Source: a virus. From it: a stretch of 64,000 bases of DNA. The stretch spans positions 1 through 64,000 of the IMG/VR virus record IMGVR_UViG_3300033153_016044, one strand, 5' to 3'. The translations under genes and the position numbers were made by a program. Below are positions 9,112-17,750 of the stretch, in pieces. The notes beneath the pieces are model-generated. The model did not search any database and was not told the origin of the DNA. It worked only from the letters and a program-made list of their open reading frames with translations. The stretch's first letter is position 1. Each line of letters opens with the position of its first letter.

Positions 9112-10349
9112 TTTAACTCCGGCTCATGTGTTATTACCTTTAGTTCAGGAAAGAATGTAAGGAACTTGTATCCTTTATCTTGTAGCTTTGACATAATCAT
9201 ATCTGCAAAGTTCCATGCAAAAATAATAATGTAATCTACATCTTTGTCTTCTAGTGCAGAAGGAGACACAATAGGAATTTGTTTACCTGCAATGAATCTT
9301 CCTGCTCTTTCTGGAGATTCATCTACTATAAAATCAACTTGCTCCTTAGTAATGTCACATATATTACATAGCATGTTAGCTCGACCGGAGGCTCCGTATC
9401 CAACAATGGTGGCGCCCTCTTGTTTTAGTTCTTTTATTGTATTCTTAACTGTCTCTATATGATTTGTAACTTCATCACTAAAATCTTTAAACCATTCAGA
9501 GCTAGTCATTCCAGTATCGAATTCTTTCATTAGAAGTCTAGTTACTTTTTTTGGTATGCTTTCTACTTTACCATTCTTTACGTAGACTCTAATACTTCCA
9601 CAGTGAATTGGGATAAAATCATAATCAATTATGGTCATTCCAAAACTTGAAAACAATTTCCACAAAGCATTTAGAGAATAGTAATAAATATGCTCGTGAT
9701 AGATATTATCATATTGAATTTTCTCTATTAGGTCTTTAAGATAGGACACCTCAAAAACAAAGTAGCCACTTTTCTTGAGGGAATACTTGATTCCCTCAAC
9801 AACAGAACGGATATCTTCTATATGTGCAAAACAGTTATTAGAAACAATTAAGTCTGTTGAACTTTCGTCTATATACCTCTCTGCCTTTTCTAGATTAAAA
9901 TAATCATTTATAACATCTAACTCTTTGTCTATGGCAATCTTAGATATATTGACTGCTGGTTCAAATCCAGTCGCATCTATACCTAGTTTCATTAATGGCT
10001 CAAGCAACACTCCATCATTAGAGCCAATCTCAATAACTCTAGAATTAGAATCTAAATTAAATCTATTCTTAAGAAGCTTAGCTACTTTCTTAAAATGTCC
10101 ACTTAGTCCTATAGAACTCATATAGCGATAGTCTTTGAATAGCTTATCCGAATTAATTATGCTATCCGTTTGGACCAAATAGCACTCAGAACAAAATAGA
10201 ACATCTAAATTAAATAGCTCTTCTTCTTCTAGTTGGTCTTCACCTGGAAAGTATCCTGCCAGGGGGACGCTTCCGTACTTTAGTATAGAGAGCATTTCTG
10301 TATTGTCACATATAGCACAGGATTTTCTCTTTTTGTATACGTCGCTCAT
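9108..10349 (-). CDS. NDP-sugar C-methyltransferase (zinc-binding N-domain + SAM domain + C-terminal domain)
   Basis: CAIC...CSEC, EIGSNDG, YDNIYHEH, GYGASGR, FAWNF motifs of TcaB9/NovU-type enzymes. Confidence 0.88.
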   Translation of the reverse strand: MSDVYKKRKSCAICDNTEMLSILKYGSVPLAGYFPGEDQLEEEELFNLDVLFCSECYLVQTDSIINSDKLFKDYRYMSSIGLSGHFKKVAKLLKNRFNLDSNSRVIEIGSNDGVLLEPLMKLGIDATGFEPAVNISKIAIDKELDVINDYFNLEKAERYIDESSTDLIVSNNCFAHIEDIRSVVEGIKYSLKKSGYFVFEVSYLKDLIEKIQYDNIYHEHIYYYSLNALWKLFSSFGMTIIDYDFIPIHCGSIRVYVKNGKVESIPKKVTRLLMKEFDTGMTSSEWFKDFSDEVTNHIETVKNTIKELKQEGATIVGYGASGRANMLCNICDITKEQVDFIVDESPERAGRFIAGKQIPIVSPSALEDKDVDYIIIFAWNFADMIMSKLQDKGYKFLTFFPELKVITHEPELK

Positions 10350-11149
10350 CCGTGAAAAACCTCCATTTTATGCATAATGCTTGTGCCAGTTGTTGTAGGC
10401 CATGAGCATTCTATATTATATTTCTTACAATATCTTTCTGTATACCTGGGGTGCCAATCTATTTCAGTCTTCGCTCTGTATGCAGGCTTTTTCCAATTTA
10501 AATTATTGGACCACTTCTCCTGTATCCAATCTGCATTATTGCAACCAGCCCAGTTATTACTTTGGCTATACTCATGCTTTGTATGCTTAACGAAGTGACC
10601 AACTTCAGTCTTTCCTTCTTTGTGAGTAAAGTCATGTGACCTATCAACTCTATCTTTTAGTCCTGCCTCATACATTCTAAGCTGATAATCATTGTCCTCG
10701 TATCCTCCTCCATGGAACCTCTCATCAAACCAACCAACCTTACAGATTAAGCTTTTATGGAATACTACTGCACCGTAGGAGAATAGACAAATCATATCAT
10801 ATTTATTAGTGGCAATTTGTTCTTCCACATATTCAAGCCAGCCGGGTCTGAATTCTATATCATCATTACATAGCATAACCCAGTCTGTTGGACTATGTAT
10901 AATGGCTTTATTGTATAATCCACAGAGCCCGTGCTTATCAAATAGAGTTATTTCTTGTAAGCTATGCTTATATTCGTAAACAGGTCTACTTAGCTTTGGT
11001 GGTTCTGGTGCATCGTAGAGAATAGTTAGATGTGGTCTATTAACTCCTGCGATTCCATCATTTGTATTTTTATCTAAGGTCTCTACAAATTTAGAAATAA
11101 CTTCTGACCTATGTCGCGTAGGAACTGCTACACTAATATCCTTATGCAT
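10346..11149 (-). CDS. Glycosyltransferase, GT2
   Basis: VAVPT, LCNDDI, VGWFDERF, YEDNDY; ATG at 11149 chosen as start. Confidence 0.82.
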   Translation of the reverse strand: MHKDISVAVPTRHRSEVISKFVETLDKNTNDGIAGVNRPHLTILYDAPEPPKLSRPVYEYKHSLQEITLFDKHGLCGLYNKAIIHSPTDWVMLCNDDIEFRPGWLEYVEEQIATNKYDMICLFSYGAVVFHKSLICKVGWFDERFHGGGYEDNDYQLRMYEAGLKDRVDRSHDFTHKEGKTEVGHFVKHTKHEYSQSNNWAGCNNADWIQEKWSNNLNWKKPAYRAKTEIDWHPRYTERYCKKYNIECSWPTTTGTSIMHKMEVFHG

Positions 11150-11933
11150 CAGGAGCCTTAACAAGCTGTGGAGCATACTGAGACTGCATTGCTTGCTGCG
11201 CCATACTATCGTAGCGTCCTGTTTTTATGTATTCAAGAGCTAGCTCTTTGCATTTGTGTGCAGCCGCCGCCTCTTCTTCTTTTCTGTTTCCACTAATCTG
11301 GTTGGGGTGCACTCTGAATCCAGCAAGGATATTCTTAATTAGGGCGAAACGAGTAAATTCTGCTGCTCTGACACACCAATTAAAGTCCTCACAAATCTCG
11401 TGACAATAGTCTCCGACCTTATCCCATAATTCTTTTGTATACATAAATGACATACCTATATCGTAGCCATTAACTAGGTCCTGTGCTGGCTGTGGTTGAG
11501 TATGCTTAACTTCCTTAATGGCTCTATCGTTGTGGTCGATAAAAACAAAATCAGAATAAACAAAGTGAACATCCTGAGCCACTGTGGCCTGCAAGCATTG
11601 AGATAATGTTGCTAGGAAGCCTGGGAAATACAGGTTATCAGCACTGCACCATGTCATAAACTTACCCTTGGCTGCGTGGTGTCCCACGTTTAGTGCGCTC
11701 CCTGTTCCTCCATTCTCTTTCTCAAGATACCTAATACGTCGGTCAAAGAAGAACTTCTCAATAATAGACTTTGTGTTATCTATAGAGCCATCATTAACTA
11801 TTATGATTTCAAAATCACCCATGGGCTGCTTGATTAAACAGTCAAGAGTCTTAGCTATATACTTCTCTGCATTATACGCTGGAACTATTATTGAAACAAG
11901 CGGATTGTCGTTATCAATTTTGATTTCTATCAT
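11142..11933 (-). CDS. Glycosyltransferase, GT2
   Basis: VSIIVPAYNAEKYI, VNDGSIDNT, ENGG, CSADN, EDF. Confidence 0.92.
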   Translation of the reverse strand: MIEIKIDNDNPLVSIIVPAYNAEKYIAKTLDCLIKQPMGDFEIIIVNDGSIDNTKSIIEKFFFDRRIRYLEKENGGTGSALNVGHHAAKGKFMTWCSADNLYFPGFLATLSQCLQATVAQDVHFVYSDFVFIDHNDRAIKEVKHTQPQPAQDLVNGYDIGMSFMYTKELWDKVGDYCHEICEDFNWCVRAAEFTRFALIKNILAGFRVHPNQISGNRKEEEAAAAHKCKELALEYIKTGRYDSMAQQAMQSQYAPQLVKAPDA

Positions 11934-12529
11934 TTCCAGTTCCTTATTACCTTTCTATAAACATACTTCATGTATTGAGGTCCACCATACTTGAGGGTAT
12001 GGTTCAAAGTATAGGCCATTTGCTCTGAGTATTCACCAACGCCGAATAAATCTGTAAGAATTCTGTCTGCAAATTTATTTACATATGCAGCGCGGCTTGG
12101 ATATTCTTTTTTAAACCTAGCCCACGCAGGCTTGAATTCTTCTACACTTACTAGGTCTATATCTCCATCTCTTGTCATATCATCTATGTGATGGAAGTAT
12201 TCATGTGCAAGAAGATAAACTCCGTTGTTCTTTAATCCTTTCATGTTAATGACAACCTTGCGACCCAAGCCTAATCGTGTTACAACAGCAAGCAGACTGG
12301 TCCAAACATTAACGCCAGCAACATAGCTGCCACCAAACGTAATGCCATCTATACTTGGTATGCCCTTAACTGCATCATATGCTTCATCAGTAAAGTAATA
12401 CTGCAGAGCGCTGTCTACAGTCTCGTGGTGAGGGGCTCGTCTTTGACTAATTGGAATGATGTGATTTATCTTTGTAATATGGGTAGCACAACCAGTAAAA
12501 AACATTAGAAAAACTAATAAATATCTCAC
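11930..12529 (-). CDS. Putative lipoprotein with zincin metallopeptidase motif
   Basis: Signal and lipobox-like MRYLLVFLMFFTG-C; LLAHEYFHH (HExxH); downstream SEQMA Glu. Confidence 0.6.
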   Translation of the reverse strand: MRYLLVFLMFFTGCATHITKINHIIPISQRRAPHHETVDSALQYYFTDEAYDAVKGIPSIDGITFGGSYVAGVNVWTSLLAVVTRLGLGRKVVINMKGLKNNGVYLLAHEYFHHIDDMTRDGDIDLVSVEEFKPAWARFKKEYPSRAAYVNKFADRILTDLFGVGEYSEQMAYTLNHTLKYGGPQYMKYVYRKVIRNWK

Positions 12530-13230
12530 TTCTTTTTATTCCTTACTAGATAATAGCCTCCGTTGTAGGTATCACCTAGGTTCTTGAGGAATGTTTGGCA
12601 CTCTTGGTCTGGTCTCTTTACTTTGCTTGACCAGTATACCTTATTCTCTAATCCTATTGTGAGTATTGTTGCTGAGAATAATCCTTTTTCATTTCTCCAA
12701 TCTTGAGCATCTCTAATTATATTGTAGGAACTACGGTAGCCACTTCGCGTAACAGATTCAGTGAATCCACCATCAGTAATTAAAATGATAGTCAATGTTC
12801 TGGACATTGCATTATTTTTATTAAGTGGATTGCTGCTCTTAATGGCCATAGACATAGCCTTGTTGCCGTATGACCTTACCTGTTTGCTTTTAGATATCCA
12901 TCCGTAAAGTTTTTTTAATTCCTTCTCGCTCTTCTTGCCACCGGCTGAAATCCACGGATAGAACTTCTCGTTGTTCTTATCTCCAAATAAAATTGCAGAG
13001 AAATACCATTCATCTGAAACAAGTCTATTTGTTATAACTCTCCACGCTCTATAGAACTTAGTCTTAAGCCCCTTGCTGTTCCTCATGGTGCTGGAGCCAT
13101 CTATTACAAACACGATATTATTGGAAACAAACTTAGTAGGCAGAATTTCCACAAACTCTGTGTTGTGATGAGCGAAGACCGGGAGAACTAGCATTATATA
13201 GAAGATAATAGCAAGTAATTTACTTCTCAC
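12526..13230 (-). CDS. Secreted vWA (MIDAS) domain protein
   Basis: Signal peptide ending VFA; VFVIDGSSTM (DxSxT) and IILITDG. Confidence 0.75.
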   Translation of the reverse strand: MRSKLLAIIFYIMLVLPVFAHHNTEFVEILPTKFVSNNIVFVIDGSSTMRNSKGLKTKFYRAWRVITNRLVSDEWYFSAILFGDKNNEKFYPWISAGGKKSEKELKKLYGWISKSKQVRSYGNKAMSMAIKSSNPLNKNNAMSRTLTIILITDGGFTESVTRSGYRSSYNIIRDAQDWRNEKGLFSATILTIGLENKVYWSSKVKRPDQECQTFLKNLGDTYNGGYYLVRNKKK

Positions 13231-13681
13231 TTAGGAGACCCTTGCGCTTTAATATTTGTTCAACAAAAGACTCGAAGGAATATAGTGGGTCATCCATATA
13301 CTTTGCCTGGGCCTGTTGTGAATAGGCTACACCATGGACTCTAAAATTAATGGATGTCTTATCTCCTAGCGGTATAAAGGCTATCTGTCTTTGGTTAAAT
13401 GCTACGAGAGCAAACCCATCTATATCTTCCTTCTCATAGATAGATGACTTGTTTCTATTTTTCTTTAGTGAAAATTCATAGACTAGCTTCTGTGTCTTAG
13501 AAGCCTTGCGAGGCAAGTTAATAGTCTTAACCTGAATCTTAATCAAGTTGTCATTTACATCAGCCACTAGGTCATACTTAACCTTGGGCGGTGTGGTAAG
13601 ACAGACGTGACCGCGAGCTGTAATCTCTGCAGCTACTAGGTATTCTCCCGCCTGTCCCATAAAATGTGCGTCGTGTTGCAT
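13220..13681 (-). CDS. PD-(D/E)XK homing-type endonuclease (group I intron-associated family), free-standing
   Basis: GQAGEYLV, YDLVAD, KIQVKT, Y..EDIDGFALV. Confidence 0.75.
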   Translation of the reverse strand: MQHDAHFMGQAGEYLVAAEITARGHVCLTTPPKVKYDLVADVNDNLIKIQVKTINLPRKASKTQKLVYEFSLKKNRNKSSIYEKEDIDGFALVAFNQRQIAFIPLGDKTSINFRVHGVAYSQQAQAKYMDDPLYSFESFVEQILKRKGLLSEK

Positions 13682-13881
13682 TAGTTTTCCTCAAATAGAT
13701 GAACATCGAATAGTGTATTAAAATCATCAAGACACTCCCAAGACAACAGCATTACTGTGCAGCCTCGCTTTCCTTTTACAAAGATAGATGCTCCATGCTC
13801 TGGCAGGTATCCAGTTATGGGAAACTCATCATCCTTTTTGAATATATCCCAATCTTTTGTTAGTGTTGCTATACCATGCAT
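13681..13881 (-). CDS. Hypothetical protein
   Basis: TAATG/TAATG-type coupling on both sides. Confidence 0.55.
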   Translation of the reverse strand: MHGIATLTKDWDIFKKDDEFPITGYLPEHGASIFVKGKRGCTVMLLSWECLDDFNTLFDVHLFEEN

Positions 13882-14486
13882 TATTGTTTCTCAAAAATAA
13901 ATACGGCTCTAACTCTATGGTTAGTTGACCTACTAATTGCTATCTCTCCAACTCTTTTAAATTCTTCCTTACGATACATTGGCAGGACCATATCCATCCA
14001 GCATAGGTAGCCACCCTTGCGTAACACCTTGTAAGCTTCCTTCACTACCTTATTCCGATTCACCATGGGGTTCCCGTAGCGTAGTGCGTCCGACTCTGTA
14101 TATGGTGGGTCTGCTAGAATCAAATCGTAGTAATCGTTTTTGACATGCTCAGACATCTCTTCTGCGTTGCAGCATACGTCTGGACCAAGGTCAGGATTAA
14201 TATCAATCTTCAGCCCCCTATTCATATCACCCAGTGAGCCACTAAATAACTGTAGTGTTCTGCATTTAGCTACGTCTGGAAAAAGAGAATGAATTCTTTT
14301 TAAGTAAGAAGGAGGATAACTTCCGTGATACCCACTACCCTTGTAGTTATTGCCTATATTCCAGATGCCAAGCAACCATCCTTTATCATGCCACATAGAT
14401 GGATAATGAGGGAAGGTTCCATTGTATAATTTTACTCTTTCATCCATGGTATATTTCATGCTTCTAGCCAGATTTTCATACTTCAA
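13881..14486 (-). CDS. N6-adenine/N4-cytosine DNA methyltransferase-like protein
   Basis: LFSGS (motif I variant) followed by DLILADPPY (motif IV). Confidence 0.75.
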   Translation of the reverse strand: MKYENLARSMKYTMDERVKLYNGTFPHYPSMWHDKGWLLGIWNIGNNYKGSGYHGSYPPSYLKRIHSLFPDVAKCRTLQLFSGSLGDMNRGLKIDINPDLGPDVCCNAEEMSEHVKNDYYDLILADPPYTESDALRYGNPMVNRNKVVKEAYKVLRKGGYLCWMDMVLPMYRKEEFKRVGEIAISRSTNHRVRAVFIFEKQ

Positions 14487-15510
14487 CCGTATTATAGAAT
14501 GGCTCCATTCTTTTTGTGCCCCAGAAGTCTTCCATCCACACTGCTATGTTAGGTAGCCTTGGCTTAGAGTAAATCTTATCCTCTTTCCAATTTTTGATTG
14601 GTATTCCTCTCTTGACTGCCGAAGAAGCCAGCAAATGATAACCTTCATCATTCGCATCTCTCTGTGGGTGACCATCTATCGCTGCAGGATGTGGTCCATC
14701 ATAGTGGAGGATTTCATTAAGGTCTTCTTTTCGGTTTACAAACTCATCTAGCTTAATATCAAACTCTGCACCAGCATTACCTCCACGTCCTTCAAACTTA
14801 GCTAGCTCACTGCGATAAAACTCTGCCTTCATCTTGTGAAACTCAACACCCTTTGCGTGACCATAGTGATATATATAGAGGCCAGGCATAGTAAACCTTA
14901 GCGTCTGCATTCCTGGGTCAAAGTATGTGCACTTGCCGTTAGGAAGTGTAGCAACTGGATGAGTATGGTATCTCATGCCAGGAACATACTTGATTATCCT
15001 TTGGTGCTGTGGCTGCCATTCGGGATGTGGTGCCCTGACGTGAGAAAAGTCTCTATAGAAATGCAGAAATGTTGGAATGATTTCTGAAGCCGAGGGATGT
15101 TTATGAATAGCCTGACGGACCCTCTCTATATCTCCCTCCATGTAGAACTCATCGGCATCTACTATGAATAGCCATTCGCCTTCTGTGGCTGCCTCAAGAA
15201 AGATTTGCTTCTGCTCTTCCAGTGACTTAAACGGTCGGTTAAGCGTATATAATTGAATCTTATTGTCGGGGTCAGGGAAATTTTTAATAATTTCCACAGT
15301 ATTGTCAGTGCTAGAACCATCAGGCGTAGCTCCTGGACGCCCCTCCACAGCACCCTCAACAATCCTAATGATGTCAAATTCATCATAGTTGTTTTTAAGA
15401 ACGTGCTCAATCCAATCCGCTTCATTGTGACATCCAATACATTTAACAAGCTTAATATTATTCAGCGCATAGTTTACATCTGTAAGAATCCTTGACATTT
15501 GATTAGACAT
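14476..15510 (-). CDS. Glycosyltransferase, GT2
   Basis: HNEADWI, STDNTVEI, WLFIVDADEF, YHYG; ATG at 15510 chosen as start. Confidence 0.82.
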   Translation of the reverse strand: MSNQMSRILTDVNYALNNIKLVKCIGCHNEADWIEHVLKNNYDEFDIIRIVEGAVEGRPGATPDGSSTDNTVEIIKNFPDPDNKIQLYTLNRPFKSLEEQKQIFLEAATEGEWLFIVDADEFYMEGDIERVRQAIHKHPSASEIIPTFLHFYRDFSHVRAPHPEWQPQHQRIIKYVPGMRYHTHPVATLPNGKCTYFDPGMQTLRFTMPGLYIYHYGHAKGVEFHKMKAEFYRSELAKFEGRGGNAGAEFDIKLDEFVNRKEDLNEILHYDGPHPAAIDGHPQRDANDEGYHLLASSAVKRGIPIKNWKEDKIYSKPRLPNIAVWMEDFWGTKRMEPFYNTVEV

Positions 15511-16600
15511 TACAGGCTTCTTTCTCAATGCATTCTAGGACGCTCTTAGTGGTGTTAGCCCAGGTCAATCCCTTGGCTGTTTCAATACCTGCAATATTTA
15601 ATCCTAACTGACCTGACTGCTTTCTTTCGTGAACAGTTCTCATGTGAGCCACTAGCTGTGCTAAATCAAAAGTAGCCCAGTCTCCTTGGCCGTTAAACCA
15701 TTTACCATCTATAGCAGGTTCCATTCCAGTAACGTCTAACATTAGAGAGTTCTCTTCTGTCAAGAACTGAGTGTGACCTGAATAGTTTGTAGAAATAATA
15801 TGAGCACCGCAAGCCATAAGCTCTGGAATCTCTAGGTTCCAGCCTTCTGCATGACTAGGGAACACACCGCAGTCTACATGGTTAAAGATTTTTCTAATCT
15901 GGTCGTGACTATCTAGTCTAGGGAAGAACTTAATATGCCCAACCATATTAGTGCTGGCATACTTCTGCTTCCATTGAAAGTTCTCGTGACCAATAAACGG
16001 ATTGTCGTTTATCATCCATAGCTCTACGTTATCACCTGGCTGAAAAGCTGCACAGAAAGCTGCAATTAATTCATCATGTCCCTTGCGCTTCTCCCACTTG
16101 CCCATGTTGATAAATATAGTAGTGTCCTTCTGCCAGTATGCTCTCTTGGCTCTCTCTGCTTCATCTACGAAGAAGATTTTAGGGTCTATACCTAGAGGAG
16201 CTACTGTTACTGGAACATCTATTCCATTTTCTTTAATTACATTCTTAGCCCAGTCCGAACATACAATAAGGTTGTCAACATTACTAAGGTTATGCATCTC
16301 TCTGTCATTGAATCTGTTCAGTTCAAAGATAGGCCACCCAATTCTAAGCCCCTTGCCCGGAAACATATCTAGCTCATATTGATGCCAAATTCTAAGAGAT
16401 GGCGCATTACTATTATATCTCTGGGCCCTAGCTATTGCATCATCAAACTTCTTTTGCAATTCATTATTGGCGGGCCAACTTACATTGCCAAGTGGGAAGT
16501 AAGCTACGTCGTGACCATCAGCTACTAGTGACTGAAATACATTACAACCAACAACACCATAGCCTAATGTGTTGATGGGTGAGATTAAATTAATATCCAT
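15503..16600 (-). CDS. Glycosyltransferase, GT4
   Basis: GYG, PLGID, GKWEKRKG, FPSHAEGWNLEIPELMACG. Confidence 0.9.
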   Translation of the reverse strand: MDINLISPINTLGYGVVGCNVFQSLVADGHDVAYFPLGNVSWPANNELQKKFDDAIARAQRYNSNAPSLRIWHQYELDMFPGKGLRIGWPIFELNRFNDREMHNLSNVDNLIVCSDWAKNVIKENGIDVPVTVAPLGIDPKIFFVDEAERAKRAYWQKDTTIFINMGKWEKRKGHDELIAAFCAAFQPGDNVELWMINDNPFIGHENFQWKQKYASTNMVGHIKFFPRLDSHDQIRKIFNHVDCGVFPSHAEGWNLEIPELMACGAHIISTNYSGHTQFLTEENSLMLDVTGMEPAIDGKWFNGQGDWATFDLAQLVAHMRTVHERKQSGQLGLNIAGIETAKGLTWANTTKSVLECIEKEACNV

Positions 16601-17750
16601 TAGACAACTTCCATTTTTTGTAGTAGTACATTATGCTATCTCTCATGTGTGTTCCAATCTTATCATAGGAAAAGTCCTCGACTCTATCCTTACATGATTT
16701 AATTCTATTAGACCACTTGGAGTTACTGCTATTTAATTGGTGATAGTTCCACTCGTGATATGCGTTCCTCATGGCACTTCTCAAACTAGAGGTGCTGGGC
16801 TCAGCCCAGTTATCATTTCCTGTATACATAAACTTATGTGGGTGAGGCATATCAAAACATGGACTCATGTCGTAATCCACGAGCCAACCACAGTCATCTG
16901 TGATGAACTCTGTTGGTCCACCCCAGTTAACAGCAATAGGAGGAACACCAAATCCCATCGCATCAAAGTGAGGAATGCCCCAGCCTTCTCCTCTACTAGG
17001 TAGCACGTAGCAATCTGAACTAGAATACAATCTATCAATTGACTCTTGTTTCAATACCTCGTGCACTAGGTATAGACTTGGATATGAGTCTATACGCAGT
17101 AACTCTTTAGCCTTATTAATTTGGTTGAGCATTTTCTGCTTGTGGTCAGCACCATCTGAGCTTCCGAAGTATACTTTTAGAATAAGCATCACATTATCTG
17201 ATGCTCTAAACTCACTGAAGTATGCCTTGAGCAATGCGTCCAATCCCTTCTTCTTGCTAATCTGACAGATGGCTAGGAACTTAAACTTACCACTACTATT
17301 GGGAATTTGAAATGGCTGTGCTTCAATATATCTACTCTTGTCAAATGTATGCTGAACCTTAACAATAGGAATGTGAACACCAGCCACTCTTGCGGCCCTG
17401 ACATTTTCATCGCAGGGAACCAGTGCTAGGTCCATAGTATTTATTTTCTCGACCCACTCTGTTGGAACTCTATCTGTCTCCCATGCAAAGTAGTTAACAT
17501 TAAACACGCCATCTTTTCTAACTGTCTCATTTGGAGTGGTGTGCTGGATGACTATGTCCACATTCTGAACATCTCTATTGAGAAGCTCTACCTCTCTAGC
17601 AGAAAACGGATGTTCTCCGCCATCGTAGCTTAATGTTCTTGTAACTAAATTACAGCCCACACTATCTAGTGCTCTTACATAATCTCTAGCAGCAGTAGCG
17701 TAGCCGCTGAAATCTTTTAGTGGTGCTGCATATAAAATCTTAGGACTCAT
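16590..17750 (-). CDS. Glycosyltransferase, GT4
   Basis: SGYA, AWET, KKGLD, LPSRGEGWGIPHFDAM. Confidence 0.9.
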   Translation of the reverse strand: MSPKILYAAPLKDFSGYATAARDYVRALDSVGCNLVTRTLSYDGGEHPFSAREVELLNRDVQNVDIVIQHTTPNETVRKDGVFNVNYFAWETDRVPTEWVEKINTMDLALVPCDENVRAARVAGVHIPIVKVQHTFDKSRYIEAQPFQIPNSSGKFKFLAICQISKKKGLDALLKAYFSEFRASDNVMLILKVYFGSSDGADHKQKMLNQINKAKELLRIDSYPSLYLVHEVLKQESIDRLYSSSDCYVLPSRGEGWGIPHFDAMGFGVPPIAVNWGGPTEFITDDCGWLVDYDMSPCFDMPHPHKFMYTGNDNWAEPSTSSLRSAMRNAYHEWNYHQLNSSNSKWSNRIKSCKDRVEDFSYDKIGTHMRDSIMYYYKKWKLSNGY

